Counted from the stretch's first letter, positions 1 through 9,991 are shown. The stretch is 35,919 nt of DNA from Candidatus Xenobia bacterium (GCA_045863235.1 BTUM01000081.1:1-35919); one strand, 5' to 3'. Numbers and translations: made by a program. The notes: generated from the letters alone by a model not told the origin.

Positions 1-22
1 TGGACAGCTCCCTGCTGGGCAG

Positions 23-2785
23 GTGGGTGGCGGACAGCCCGTTGGACAGCTGCCGGGCGGGCAGGTGGGTGGCGGTGCGCAGCTGCCTGGTGGCGGGCAG
101 CTTGGTGCTCAGATGCCTGGTGGGGAGCCGGGCGGGCAGACGACAGGCGGGATCGTGGGCAGTGTGGGCAGCCCGAGCAGCAACGTTGTAGGCGGTGGGC
201 CGGGAATTGGATCTCCTCAGGGCGGAGAGCTCGGCGGAACGGTTCAGCCCGGTGGTCAGAGCTTACCTGGTGGAGGAACGCCTCTGAGTCAGACTGGCGG
301 TGGACTACCTCAGGGTGGTCAGCTCGGCACGGGAACTCCCCAGGGAACTGGCCAGAGCGGGGGTCTCGGTGGTGGCGAGTTGGGAGCCGTGATCGGGGTG
401 GACCCGGCCAGCTCTATCGCTGGGCCGGCGCCCGTCGGTCCCCGGTTCACCCCTCTCAATTCCTCGGTCATGCCAGGCAGTGAGGCGCCGCCGATGCCTG
501 GTGCGGGTCCTCTGGCACCGGCTTCGGGATCGGTCACCCCGTCCGGTTCAAGCTTGTTGCCTTCCCCAGGGATCCCCGGTCAGGGCCCGGCTCCACAGGC
601 AAATGCTCTCACTGGCGGAATGCCAGTGGCCGCCGGGTCGGGCGGCGCATCGGCAGCTTTCAACACGCCTGGCGCTCAGGGTACACTCGGCGCTCAGGGC
701 ACTCCCGGCGCTCAGGGCACTCCCGGCGCTCAGGGCACTCCCGGCGCTCAGGGCACTCCCGGCGCCCAGGGCACGCCTGGCGCCCAGGGCACACTCGGTG
801 CTCAGGGCACGTCCGGCGCTCTGCTCACGCCTGTCGCCCAGGGCACACCCGGTGCTCAAGTCACGCCTGGCGCTCAGGGCGCTCCCGGCGCTCAGGGCAC
901 CCCTGGCGCTCAGGCCATTACCGGCGCCCAGGGCACCCCTGGCGCTCAGGCCATTACCGGCGCTAAGGGCACTCCCGGCGCTCAGGGCATACGCGGCGCC
1001 CAGGACACACTCGGTGCTCAGGGCACGTCAGGCGCTCTGCTCACGCCTGGCGCCCAGGGCACACCCGGTGCTCAAGTCACGCCTGGCGCTCAGGGCACTC
1101 ACGGCGCCCAGGGCACCCCTGGCGCTCAGGCCATTGCCGGCGCTAAGGGCACTCCCGGCGCTCAGGGCACGCCTGGTGCTCAGGGCGCTCACGGCGCCCC
1201 TGCCGCTAAGGGCATCTCCGCTGGCCAGGGCACTCCCCCGGTTGGCGCCGGCAGCTCTCCGGGGCAGCCCCTCGTGGCTGGTGGCTCATCGAGTGCCCAG
1301 GGCGCCTCCGCAGGCCGAGGGAGCCGGGCGAATCAAGTCGCTCCCACCTCTGCGAAAGCGCAGGGAATTGCTCCTTCAGGTCGCGGCACCGCCAAGGCCC
1401 AGGGCACCCCACCCGGCCCAGTCTCTTTCCCCGGCTCGGGCATCCCCCTGGCTCCGGCTGGCCGCGGTGGCACCCCCGCAACGCCCGCTCAAGCTCTAAG
1501 CGGCCCCGCCGCCCAGGGCACCCCTGCCAAAGCTCAAGGCGCCATCGCCGCCAAAGCTCAAAGCGGCACCGCCGCCCAGGGCGCCCCTGCCAAAGCTCAG
1601 GGCGGCACCGCCGCCCAGGGCACGCCCCCTCCCACTACGCCCAAACCGGGCAGAACGGGCCAGACCCGCGAGACCCAGAGACCTGGCCAGACCCAGTCCA
1701 AAGTGCCCATCTCGCGCTATCCTCGCGCTACCAGCAGCGAGGCCCCTCGTCCCGAGATGGTCCTGCGGCCCCGTCCCACCGAGGGGGGCTTCCAGAGCCT
1801 GTTCAAGACGCCCGCCCCGGAGCCTATGTTCGACTTCCACGAGCCCGCGCCCGAGGCCGATTACATGGAGAATCTGCTCGAGCGCGACCTGCCTGAGGTG
1901 GAGCGTCCCACCACCGCACGCATCGGAAGGCCAGAGTCCCAGGCTCCTGCCCCGCGTTCCGCGCCTACGCCGCGCTCCACGGCCAACACTCCCCACCTGG
2001 CCTCGGCCGTGACGCCTGGCCCGGCGGCTCCGCCGGTTCAGAAGGAGACACCACCCCAGACCGTGCAGCCGGCCCGCCCGCGGCCGGTGGAGAGCAAGGC
2101 TACCACCACTCCCCCGGTAACGAAGCCTCCGGTCGAAACCCCCGGAGCCCAGGCGAACCAGCCGCCGCGCACCTCCTCCATGCGCTCCAAACCGCGCCTC
2201 AACCTCAAGGCCCAGAGCGAGCAGGCGGCCCAGAGCGGACAGGCTCAGACGGCCACCGGCCGCATGTTCATCAAGGCCGCTCCCGTCGAGGCCATCGACG
2301 GCATCAAGGGTGGCAAGAGCAGCCAGTTCGCAGCCAGTTGGGCGGCGGCCGTCTCGCGTCCCAAGGAGCCTCCGCGCAAGACCCTGTCAGGTCTCTCCTT
2401 CAGCGAGCGGATGGACGAGCTCGATCCGCTGGAAAACGGCCTGCCGCTTCGTCCCAAGCCCGAGTTTCGACCCGGCGAGGTGCATCCCGAATCGCTGCTG
2501 CGCTATATCAGCCATTGCTGCGAGTGCGGCTTCAAGATCCTCCAGCGCCTCTACCTGTGCCTGCAGTGCGCCTCCGAGGAGCGGGTGGTGGTGATGCAGT
2601 CCGAAGTGCGCTTTGCGCGGGACGGATTCTACTTCCGCAGCCATTCGGACGCGGTCGAGTTCAGCCCCCTGGCTCGCCAGCTCTTCGCCGAAGGCGGAGT
2701 GGAGGATGTGCTGTCGCTGCGTCGTCCGCCCATGTATCCTCAGTTCCGCGAGATGCTGGCGCTGGGCTATCAGCGGCCGGCCTGA
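23..2785 (+). CDS. Large low-complexity G/P/Q/A/T-rich protein with collagen-like (GAQGTP)n tract and C-terminal Cys-rich (putative Zn-binding) domain; 5' end probably upstream of window
   Basis: Frame open from window start; 920 aa; Gly-X-Y repeats; globular C-terminus with CCECG...CLQC. Confidence 0.65.
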   Translation: MGGGQPVGQLPGGQVGGGAQLPGGGQLGAQMPGGEPGGQTTGGIVGSVGSPSSNVVGGGPGIGSPQGGELGGTVQPGGQSLPGGGTPLSQTGGGLPQGGQLGTGTPQGTGQSGGLGGGELGAVIGVDPASSIAGPAPVGPRFTPLNSSVMPGSEAPPMPGAGPLAPASGSVTPSGSSLLPSPGIPGQGPAPQANALTGGMPVAAGSGGASAAFNTPGAQGTLGAQGTPGAQGTPGAQGTPGAQGTPGAQGTPGAQGTLGAQGTSGALLTPVAQGTPGAQVTPGAQGAPGAQGTPGAQAITGAQGTPGAQAITGAKGTPGAQGIRGAQDTLGAQGTSGALLTPGAQGTPGAQVTPGAQGTHGAQGTPGAQAIAGAKGTPGAQGTPGAQGAHGAPAAKGISAGQGTPPVGAGSSPGQPLVAGGSSSAQGASAGRGSRANQVAPTSAKAQGIAPSGRGTAKAQGTPPGPVSFPGSGIPLAPAGRGGTPATPAQALSGPAAQGTPAKAQGAIAAKAQSGTAAQGAPAKAQGGTAAQGTPPPTTPKPGRTGQTRETQRPGQTQSKVPISRYPRATSSEAPRPEMVLRPRPTEGGFQSLFKTPAPEPMFDFHEPAPEADYMENLLERDLPEVERPTTARIGRPESQAPAPRSAPTPRSTANTPHLASAVTPGPAAPPVQKETPPQTVQPARPRPVESKATTTPPVTKPPVETPGAQANQPPRTSSMRSKPRLNLKAQSEQAAQSGQAQTATGRMFIKAAPVEAIDGIKGGKSSQFAASWAAAVSRPKEPPRKTLSGLSFSERMDELDPLENGLPLRPKPEFRPGEVHPESLLRYISHCCECGFKILQRLYLCLQCASEERVVVMQSEVRFARDGFYFRSHSDAVEFSPLARQLFAEGGVEDVLSLRRPPMYPQFREMLALGYQRPA
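670..1210 (+). repeat. In-frame 18-bp tandem repeat (ggcgctcagggcactccc, GAQGTP) with a higher-order 216-bp duplication
   Basis: Repeated units read directly; block starting 785 recurs at 1001. Confidence 0.9.
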
Positions 2786-4071
2786 GCCACCCGCTCGGCC
2801 GTGCTGCGAGCCTGCTCGATCACGTCCGGCACCCCCACGCCGCGGTAGGCGCTGCCGGTCAGAAACAGCCCGGGCGGCACATGGCGCTCGAGCTCGCTGA
2901 CCAGCTCGCCGTGCCCCACCCGGTAGACCGGGTTCTCCCAGCGGAAGACGCGCGCGAGGCGGGGCTGGCCGATCAGCTTGAGCAAGGGGCGCAGCTCCTG
3001 CACCACGGCTTGCACCAGCTCCTCATCGGACTCCTGCGGGTTGCGCACGTAGGCGCGCAGCAGCACGCAACTCGCGGGCACCCGCCCCGGGAACTTCGAA
3101 CTCGACCAGGTGCAGGCGCTGATCAGCCCGGCCTGCCGGGTGGGCACCACGAAGCCGTGACTGTCGAGCGGATGGATCACCTGGCGGCGGTGGAAGCCCA
3201 GCGCCACCGTGGCCACCTTCTGGTAGTCGATCAAGGCAAGTTGCTGGCTCAGGGCCCCCGGACCCAGCAAGCGGGCCGTCTGGGGGGCGGGGGTGGCCAG
3301 CACCACCGAGTCGGCCTGGAGCCACTCCCCGCCGACTCGCACCTGGCCGGGTAGCACTTGCTCCACCTGCTGGCCCACCCTCAGGCGTCCGTTGACCCGG
3401 GCCTGCAGGGCCTCGGTCAGGCCGGACATGCCCGAGCGCAGGCCCAGCATCTCGGGCCCTCGGGGGCGCGAGGGCTGACGCAGCACACCGGCGATCAGGC
3501 TGCGGTGCTTCTCCTCCAGGGCCAGCAGGCGGGGAAAGAGGCAACGGGAGCTGAGGCAGTCGGCCGGAGCGCCGTAGATGCCCGCCAGCAGGGGATCGGC
3601 CAACCGCTCCACCACCTCGCCGCCCAGACGGCGTCTCAGAAACGCACCCAGGGATTCCTCGCTTGCCTCCCGACGGGCGGGCAGCCACAGGTCGGCCAGC
3701 ATGCGCAGCTTGCCCGTCCAGGAGAGCAGGGGAGTCAGGGCCATGGGCAACCACTGGCTGGGGATGACCCCCATCAGGCCCTCGGGCACCGGGGTGAGAC
3801 GGCCCTGGTGCAAGACCAGGCTGCGGGGGCGAGCGGGCAGGGTCTCCATCAGCTCCAACCCCAGCTCTTTGCACAGCTCCAGGGCGGCCGGCTTGTAGGT
3901 GACGAAGGCGTCCGGCCCGCCTTCGAGCAGGAACCCGTCGCGGGCCTCGGTGAGCAGCTTGCCTCCGGCCCGGGGCGAGGCTTCCAGCACCGTGACCTCG
4001 GCTCGCTGGCCCAGAAAGTAAGCGGTGGCCAGCCCGGCCAGGCCCCCTCCGACCACGATCACGCGGGACAT
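2770..4071 (-). CDS. hemY: FAD-dependent protoporphyrinogen/coproporphyrinogen oxidase (HemY/CgoX)
   Basis: VVGGGLAGL FAD motif, EASPRAGG, EGGPDAF, GIYGA, WSSSKFPGR, GSAYRGVGVPD; GGAGG before ATG at 4071; overlaps upstream radical SAM gene. Confidence 0.9.
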   Translation of the reverse strand: MSRVIVVGGGLAGLATAYFLGQRAEVTVLEASPRAGGKLLTEARDGFLLEGGPDAFVTYKPAALELCKELGLELMETLPARPRSLVLHQGRLTPVPEGLMGVIPSQWLPMALTPLLSWTGKLRMLADLWLPARREASEESLGAFLRRRLGGEVVERLADPLLAGIYGAPADCLSSRCLFPRLLALEEKHRSLIAGVLRQPSRPRGPEMLGLRSGMSGLTEALQARVNGRLRVGQQVEQVLPGQVRVGGEWLQADSVVLATPAPQTARLLGPGALSQQLALIDYQKVATVALGFHRRQVIHPLDSHGFVVPTRQAGLISACTWSSSKFPGRVPASCVLLRAYVRNPQESDEELVQAVVQELRPLLKLIGQPRLARVFRWENPVYRVGHGELVSELERHVPPGLFLTGSAYRGVGVPDVIEQARSTAERVAQAGR

Positions 4072-5186
4072 GCGGCCTCCGGCTGGTAGGCGCACAGAGG
4101 CTCTTCCGCCAGCGGATCCCCCGTGCTCGCGTAGGCGCGCGAGCGCGAGCCTCCGCACACCGAGCGGAACTCGCACACTCCGCAGCGTCCCTTGAGGTCA
4201 GAGGTGTTGCGCATCAACTGAAAGAGCGGGCTGTGGCGGTAGAGGTCGACCAGGTTCAAGCGGCGCACGTTGCCCGCCGACAGGGGCAGAAAGCCGCTGG
4301 GGAAAACCTCGCCGCGGTGGGAGATGAAGACGAAGCCATCCCCCGAGTTGATGTGCATGGGCTTGCGGCGGGCCGCGGCGCGGGGCTGCCAGCCTTCTTC
4401 CAGAGCCAATCGGCGCAGCTCACGTCTGAGCTCGTTGTCCGGGCCCGGGTCGTCCTGGCGTTGGAGCAGCACACGCTTATAGTGGTGACCCTCAGTGGCC
4501 TTGAGGGGCAGATAGCGCGAGGCATCCACCAGAAAGTGCATGACCTCCTCGCACTCCTCGGGGCTGATGGCGTCTTGCTGTTGCGCTCGTCCGGTGGGCA
4601 CCAGGAAGAACACGCTCCAGGTCATCAGCTCGAGGGGGACCAGCAGCCGCACCAGGGCGGGCAGAGCGGCCAGGTTGTGGCGCGTGACGGTGCTGTTCAC
4701 CTGCAGCTTGAGCCCGAGCTCGCGCACCAGCGAGCAGCCCTGCATGGTCAGAGCATACGAGCCGCTCACTCCTCGGAAGGCGTCGTGGGCCTCTTCGCCG
4801 GGAGCGTCCAGGCTGAGCGAGATTGCCCGGGCTCCGCATTCCTTGAGGCGGGAGAGATTCTCGCGGGTCAAGAGGGGAGTCGCCGAGGGCGAGACGGCCG
4901 GACGCAGGCCCAGATCGCTTGCGTACTGCACCAGCTCAAAGAGGTCGGAGCGCTTGAACGGGTCGCCCCCGGTGAACACGAAGAGGGGGGGAGGGTCGGA
5001 GAAGCTGCGCACCTGCTCGAGCAGTTGCCGCGCCTGGGAGTGGGTCAGAGCCAGGGGATCATGCTCGGGTTGGGCGCTGGCCCGGCAGTGGCGACAGGCC
5101 AGGTCGCAAGCCTGGGTGGTCTCCCAGATCACCAGGAAGGGGCTCACGGCGTTGTCGGAGGCGGGATGTCGCAGAGCGCTGGCCAT
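4059..5186 (-). CDS. Radical SAM/SPASM heme-biosynthesis protein (AhbD/NirJ-like, TIGR04053-type)
   Basis: WETTQACDLACRHC (CxxxCxxC), FTGGDP, C-terminal CGVCEFRSVCGGSRSRAY...DPLAEEPLC; start chosen 6 nt after the predicted -10. Confidence 0.85.
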   Translation of the reverse strand: MASALRHPASDNAVSPFLVIWETTQACDLACRHCRASAQPEHDPLALTHSQARQLLEQVRSFSDPPPLFVFTGGDPFKRSDLFELVQYASDLGLRPAVSPSATPLLTRENLSRLKECGARAISLSLDAPGEEAHDAFRGVSGSYALTMQGCSLVRELGLKLQVNSTVTRHNLAALPALVRLLVPLELMTWSVFFLVPTGRAQQQDAISPEECEEVMHFLVDASRYLPLKATEGHHYKRVLLQRQDDPGPDNELRRELRRLALEEGWQPRAAARRKPMHINSGDGFVFISHRGEVFPSGFLPLSAGNVRRLNLVDLYRHSPLFQLMRNTSDLKGRCGVCEFRSVCGGSRSRAYASTGDPLAEEPLCAYQPEAACPA

Positions 5187-5221
5187 GCTTTGAATGTGCC
5201 TCATCAGGCCCCTGTGCTCCA

Positions 5222-5235
5222 ATGATCTGGATCAA
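5222..5235 (-). promoter_or_regulatory. Crp/Fnr-type box with -10 CACATT (5193-5198)
   Basis: TTGATCCAGATCAT; 23 bp to -10, 6 nt to ATG 5186. Confidence 0.75.
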
Positions 5236-5276
5236 CTGCGAATTCCGGCAACATCGGCCTGGTAGAGTAGGGGAGG

Positions 5277-6326
5277 ATGGACAAGCTGACCCTGAGCGCC
5301 GCCTCGCACGCCTGGCCGTCGTGGACCCCTCAGGCTCGCCAGGGGGAGGCGGGCCCGGTGGACGAGCTGGTTGTGACCCGTCGCCTGGTCAGCCAGGGCG
5401 AGCGCACCTGGCTCGTCGGGGTCGAGGTCAACGGGCAAGCGATGTCCGAGCTGCCCGGAATCGACGAGCGGGCCCGGGCCGTTCCCACCAGCCTTCCTCC
5501 CCAGCAGGTCTCGCCAACGCCCCCGGAGGTCGAGCGCGAGACGGCCATCTCGGCCCGTTACCTTCCGTCGGCCGACGGCTGGTTGCTCAGCGACCAGACC
5601 GCGCTCGTCTGCCAGAACGGACGACCCGTGGTCGAGGTTCGCGACCTGCGCCAGGGAGCGGGGTGGAAAGAGGAGCTTGCGGTCTACCAGGCCACCGGCT
5701 CGGAAGGCGAGCGGCGTCCCGCCGGCCGGCTCCGCGATGTGGAGCGCGACGGGCGCCTTCTCGACAGCGAGGTGGAGCGGGCCCGGGGCATGTCGGTTGC
5801 GGACGTGCTGGCCTGGGACGAAACGCGCGCCTGGCGCAGCGAGCTTTTGCGCGAGCGTTATGGACACTTGAAGGAGGCCCGGATTCTCGAGCTGGGACCT
5901 TTCGCCACGACCTACGTGCCCCGCGCTCTGGTCACGCAGGGGTCAGGCAACCGCTACCTCGGGGTCGACCTGAACGCCACGGCCCTGGCCCTGCAGCGCG
6001 AGGTGCTGGCCTCGGTGGGAGGCCCGGCTGCTCAGGGCTCGGGCCAGCACGTGGGTGACTTCTTCTCCCTGCCCGTGGAGGACAATTCGCAAGACCTGGT
6101 GGTGGCCTACGCCAGTTTCCCGATCGGTGCCCCCTCTCAGGACGCCATCGCCGCCCTGGAGGAGGTCCATCGCTCGCTCAAACCGGGGGGCGAGTTCCTC
6201 TGCGAAGGCTGGCCGCTCTATGATGTGGCGCCGGCCACGCTGGCCTACCTCAGCGAGAAGTTCGAGGTGGTGGGTGCCCCCGGCCCCGGCGCAGGCTTCA
6301 TCCTGCGAAAGAGCTATGTAGTTTAG
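5277..6326 (+). CDS. Class I SAM-dependent methyltransferase with uncharacterised N-terminal region
   Basis: ILELGP, YLGVDL, GDFFSLPVEDNSQDLVV, EVHRSLKPGG motifs. Confidence 0.75.
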   Translation: MDKLTLSAASHAWPSWTPQARQGEAGPVDELVVTRRLVSQGERTWLVGVEVNGQAMSELPGIDERARAVPTSLPPQQVSPTPPEVERETAISARYLPSADGWLLSDQTALVCQNGRPVVEVRDLRQGAGWKEELAVYQATGSEGERRPAGRLRDVERDGRLLDSEVERARGMSVADVLAWDETRAWRSELLRERYGHLKEARILELGPFATTYVPRALVTQGSGNRYLGVDLNATALALQREVLASVGGPAAQGSGQHVGDFFSLPVEDNSQDLVVAYASFPIGAPSQDAIAALEEVHRSLKPGGEFLCEGWPLYDVAPATLAYLSEKFEVVGAPGPGAGFILRKSYVV

Positions 6327-7402
6327 GCCACCTTCTGTCCCATGAACCAGTAGCTGGCCAGCCAGTCGGCCAGGTAGACGGCGTCCTCGCGAATGCCTCG
6401 CAAGAACTGGCTGCGGAAGGTACGCAGGCCCTGCAGCCCCAGGAAGAAGAGGCCCGGAACCTCGCTGCTCTCGGCCCCGTAGAGGGGCGGCAGGCCGGTG
6501 TCGGGGTCGGTCGAGACCAGCCCGGCCAGGTGTTTGAGGGCAGGGCGGTAGCCGGTGGCATAGATCACCAGGTCGAAAGGCACGTCCTGCCCGTCCTGGA
6601 ACACGACCGCCCGCCGCTCGAGCCGGGCCACGGCCGGGAAACGTCTCACCAGTCCCCACTCGAGCAGTTGTCGGGCCACTCCGCCCGGCATGCGGCTCTC
6701 CAGCGAGAGGGGAGTCCGCACGCCGGGCAGGTGCACCAGCGACTCTTCCAGGACGTAGCTGAAGGGGGAGAGGCAGGCCTGCAGCATGTCCGGAAGAGCA
6801 TAGCGGATGGGCGAGCGGTGAGACAGGCAGACCTCGTAGCCGGCCCGGTAGAGACCTTCGACGATCTCGCCGGCGGTGGTTCGATGACCCACCACCAGCA
6901 CTCGGCCCCGGTTTCCACCCAGCAGGCGGCGCACGGTATCAGGGTCTTGATAGGCGGCCGCGTGGACCTGAGGGATCTCGCTCTGGCTGGCGCCCGGTAG
7001 GTCGGGGATGTAAGGGTTGGAGAAGTAGCCGGTGGCATTGACCAGCACTCGGGATCGGAAGATGCCCTGATTGGTGAGCACCCGGAACTGGCCCGGCTCG
7101 CGCACGACCTGATCCACCTCCACCGAGGTGAGGTAATTCAGGTTGCGCTGGATGGCGTACTCGGTCAGATATTGAGCGTACTCCTCGCGCTCGGTGGGTC
7201 GCAGGGCGATGCGCCAGTTGGGCCTGGTGCCCGGTAGCACGGTGTTGATCCAGGGGCTCAAGGTCGTGTTGGAGGCCATGCTCCGGAAGGTGCTTCCCAG
7301 GAACGGGGCGCGCTCGAGCACGGTGTATTCGATCGCTCGCTCTTGCAACTGGCTGGCCAGGGCCAGCCCGGCCGGCCCGCCGCCGATGATCATGACGGAC
7401 AT
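6323..7402 (-). CDS. NAD(P)/FAD-dependent oxidoreductase, flavin-containing monooxygenase (CzcO-like) family
   Basis: IIGGGPAGL, NATGYFSNPYIP, HAAAY, DLVIYATGY, GLFFLG. Confidence 0.85.
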   Translation of the reverse strand: MSVMIIGGGPAGLALASQLQERAIEYTVLERAPFLGSTFRSMASNTTLSPWINTVLPGTRPNWRIALRPTEREEYAQYLTEYAIQRNLNYLTSVEVDQVVREPGQFRVLTNQGIFRSRVLVNATGYFSNPYIPDLPGASQSEIPQVHAAAYQDPDTVRRLLGGNRGRVLVVGHRTTAGEIVEGLYRAGYEVCLSHRSPIRYALPDMLQACLSPFSYVLEESLVHLPGVRTPLSLESRMPGGVARQLLEWGLVRRFPAVARLERRAVVFQDGQDVPFDLVIYATGYRPALKHLAGLVSTDPDTGLPPLYGAESSEVPGLFFLGLQGLRTFRSQFLRGIREDAVYLADWLASYWFMGQKVA

Positions 7403-7440
7403 CTCAGCATCAGGTTAAGCCAGGAGAGGGGTTGGCGTCA

Positions 7441-7454
7441 TTGACCTGGATCAA
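7441..7454 (-). promoter_or_regulatory. Crp/Fnr-type box with -10 TAACCT (7412-7417)
   Basis: TTGATCCAGGTCAA; 23 bp to -10; contains the TGA stop of the upstream gene. Confidence 0.8.
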
Positions 7455-8668
7455 GGCGGGAGACGGATCTGGTGCTCGCGGCTGTGCTGGTAGTCGAGGA
7501 AGACGTGCTCGGCGCTGAGCAACCGGTAGCCTCCCTGGCCGTCCGGTCGGCTGGTGTCCTTGAGCCGATAGGCGAAATGGCCGCAAGTATAGCACTGGTG
7601 GCGACTGAAGTGATGACACAGGCACATCTTGCCGGGCACGCTCTGTCCCTTCGGGGTCGCCTCCCAGGCCCGCACGTAGGCGCAGTCTCCAGAGCGATCG
7701 AGCATGTAGCCGTGCAGGCGGCACTTCGGCTCGACCTTCGAGTCCAGGCACGGGCTGGTGCTCAGCATGCGCATGAGGTAGCCGGTGGGGGAGGCAGAGT
7801 TGACCACCACCTCCTCCTCGCTGGCTCGAAAGTAGGCCTGCTTGACCGCGGCCGGAAGGCCGCATTCGCGGGTGACCGTGAACCGGGTGGCTACCTGGAC
7901 GGCGGCCGCGCCCGTCTGCAGGAACCGGGTGGCGTCGGTGCCGGTGAAGATCCCTCCGGCGGGGATGACCGCGATGGGCAGCTCGTGCTCGCGCAGGTAG
8001 GCCAGAATTTCGTCCACGATCGACTCGAGACGGTGCTGGGCCCAATCCTCTCCGAATCCGAGATGGCCTCCGGCCAGGGGACCTTCCACCACCACGTAGT
8101 CGGGCAGACGCTGGGAGCGCTGAGCGGCCCGCAGGAAGATCTCCAGGGCCCGGAGGCTGCTCACGATAATGCCCAGCTTGACCTCACGAAAGCGGGGGTG
8201 GTCCTCGATCAGCTTCAGGCTCTTGTGGTGCAGCCCGGCCGACAGGGTCACCCCGTCGATGCCGCCGTCCAGGGCGGCCGTGAGTCGGATTTTCAGGGTC
8301 TCGGACGCGTCCAGCATGGACAGCTTCTCCATCACGTTGAGGAAGACCAGGCCCGGGCCCACCTTGCGGTCCATGGCCGCGCAAACGTGGCGCAGCTGGG
8401 CATCCCGCAGCTCACCCGGGTCGAAGCGGTAGCGCGAGCGGTCGCTCTCCTGTCGGTAGCGCTTGAACTTGCCCAGGCTGTAGCGGGTTCCGAAGCGTCG
8501 ATCCGAGACCAGGCAAGCCATCGCGTCGGAGATGTGGCCTACCCCTCCCAGGCGGGCCGCCTCGAGGGCCAGCTCCATGGTGGAGATGTCCACCCCCATG
8601 CCCCCGATGACCAGGGGCACCAGCTCGTGGTTTCCGAGCCTCCAGCGGTAGTTGTCCAGGCAATCCAT
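7451..8668 (-). CDS. Nitronate monooxygenase (2-nitropropane dioxygenase)-family FMN protein with Cys-rich C-terminus
   Basis: PLVIGGMGVDIS, LSAGL, VVEGPLAGGHLG, IPAGGI, VQVATRFTVTREC; ATG 8668 has AGAGGA SD (in-frame TTG at 8725 also possible). Confidence 0.85.
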   Translation of the reverse strand: MDCLDNYRWRLGNHELVPLVIGGMGVDISTMELALEAARLGGVGHISDAMACLVSDRRFGTRYSLGKFKRYRQESDRSRYRFDPGELRDAQLRHVCAAMDRKVGPGLVFLNVMEKLSMLDASETLKIRLTAALDGGIDGVTLSAGLHHKSLKLIEDHPRFREVKLGIIVSSLRALEIFLRAAQRSQRLPDYVVVEGPLAGGHLGFGEDWAQHRLESIVDEILAYLREHELPIAVIPAGGIFTGTDATRFLQTGAAAVQVATRFTVTRECGLPAAVKQAYFRASEEEVVVNSASPTGYLMRMLSTSPCLDSKVEPKCRLHGYMLDRSGDCAYVRAWEATPKGQSVPGKMCLCHHFSRHQCYTCGHFAYRLKDTSRPDGQGGYRLLSAEHVFLDYQHSREHQIRLPP

Positions 8669-8761
8669 GGGGGCATCCTCTACGACAGGTTGAGCCACTA
8701 CAGACTGGTTTCGTGGCACGGTCAATGGGGCGAAGTTTACCCCGCGCGCAAGCGGGCGTCG

Positions 8762-8775
8762 TTGATCCGGATCAA
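8762..8775 (-). promoter_or_regulatory. Perfect Crp/Fnr-type palindrome with -10 TAAACT (8734-8739)
   Basis: TTGATCCGGATCAA; 22 bp to -10; contains the nnrS stop codon. Confidence 0.85.
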
Positions 8776-9956
8776 CCCGGCTTGCCGTCAATCCTCGGTC
8801 TGGTCAGGATGGGGAAGTAGACCAGCCCGTAGAGCCCGAAGGCCAGTGCCCAAAGGACGGCGGAGGAAGTCACCCACACGGTTCCGGGGGCCAGCATGGG
8901 CCCGAAGGTTCGCAAGACGGCCGCTAGCAAGAGCAATCCGAAGGCCGCCACCACCGCTCGAGGGGGCTTGAGAGCTCGACCGGTGTGGCCCAGGGCCACC
9001 CGGGCCATCATGCCCAGGATCATGACCCCGATGCAGCCCACCGTCAGGGCGTGCAGGGCCGGAAAGGGGCTCGCTCCGACCAGCCGGGCCCAACCCTTCA
9101 GCGCCAGGCCCACCGGCAGCCAGGCATAGCCCAGGTAGAGCACCCACAGCAGGGGAACCTTGATCAGTCGCCGGTCGAACCAGCCTGCCAGACGTGCCAC
9201 GTGGGGGATGGCGGCGGCCCAGCAGATGGCGCCCAGAGAGAGCCCGAGGGCCTCCAGAAGGGCCACCAGGGGCAGGCTGGCCAGGGCCAACCGCTCGACC
9301 CAGGGCCAGCTACGGGCCGGGCTCTCGGGCAGGGCAGCCCGGATGAAGAACGGGATCACCCGCCCCCCGATCAGGGCCACCAGCTGCAGGATGCAGAGCA
9401 ATCCCAGCTCCAGGCCCAGGGCCGCGGTTCCCGGGCGGCCGAGAGCCTCGGCCCACACCAGTCCGTTGGAGAGGGTGAAGACTCCCAGCACGGGCAGAAA
9501 CACCAGGTTGTGGGGCTTGCCCGCTTTGACCAGGGGGTAGGCCAGGGCTGCCGCCAGAGCGGGAAGGAACGCGAGGTCAACGGCCGCGGCCAGGATGGCG
9601 GGCACGGCGGAGCTCAGGATCAGCCCACGGCCCAGCAGCCAGAGGGCCACCAGTCCGCCCAGCAGGGCTCCCCGGGGGGTGGGGATGCCGGTCCAGTTGG
9701 GCACGGCCGTGAGCAGAAAGCCGGCGATGATCGCAGCGGTGAAGCCGAAGAGCATCTCGTGACCGTGCCACAGCATCGGGCTCAGGCCCGGGCGAAAGCT
9801 CAGCCATCCCAGGAAGATGGCCACCCACACCAGCACCGTCAGGACCCCATACCAGGATCCCAGCAGAAAGAAGGGCCGAAAGCCGAGGGCCAGCACGGCG
9901 GGCCCGGAGACGGCCGGCATCGGACGGGGGCCATTGACCACCGGGAGGGAGAGCAT
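8772..9956 (-). CDS. nnrS: NnrS family membrane protein (nitrosative-stress response)
   Basis: GFRPFFL, WHGHEMLFGF, GFLLTAVPNWTG, GGRVIPFF, HALTVG, MMARVALGHTGR. Confidence 0.95.
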   Translation of the reverse strand: MLSLPVVNGPRPMPAVSGPAVLALGFRPFFLLGSWYGVLTVLVWVAIFLGWLSFRPGLSPMLWHGHEMLFGFTAAIIAGFLLTAVPNWTGIPTPRGALLGGLVALWLLGRGLILSSAVPAILAAAVDLAFLPALAAALAYPLVKAGKPHNLVFLPVLGVFTLSNGLVWAEALGRPGTAALGLELGLLCILQLVALIGGRVIPFFIRAALPESPARSWPWVERLALASLPLVALLEALGLSLGAICWAAAIPHVARLAGWFDRRLIKVPLLWVLYLGYAWLPVGLALKGWARLVGASPFPALHALTVGCIGVMILGMMARVALGHTGRALKPPRAVVAAFGLLLLAAVLRTFGPMLAPGTVWVTSSAVLWALAFGLYGLVYFPILTRPRIDGKPG

Positions 9957-9991
9957 GGCTCAACCCTATCACGGGGGGAAAGCCCCGGGAA

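Noticed and set aside
5222..5279. Fnr box 5222 activating the divergent methyltransferase at 5277
   Set aside because: Its candidate -10 (TAGAGT) is 27 bp from the box, outside the 22-23 bp spacing seen at all other sites
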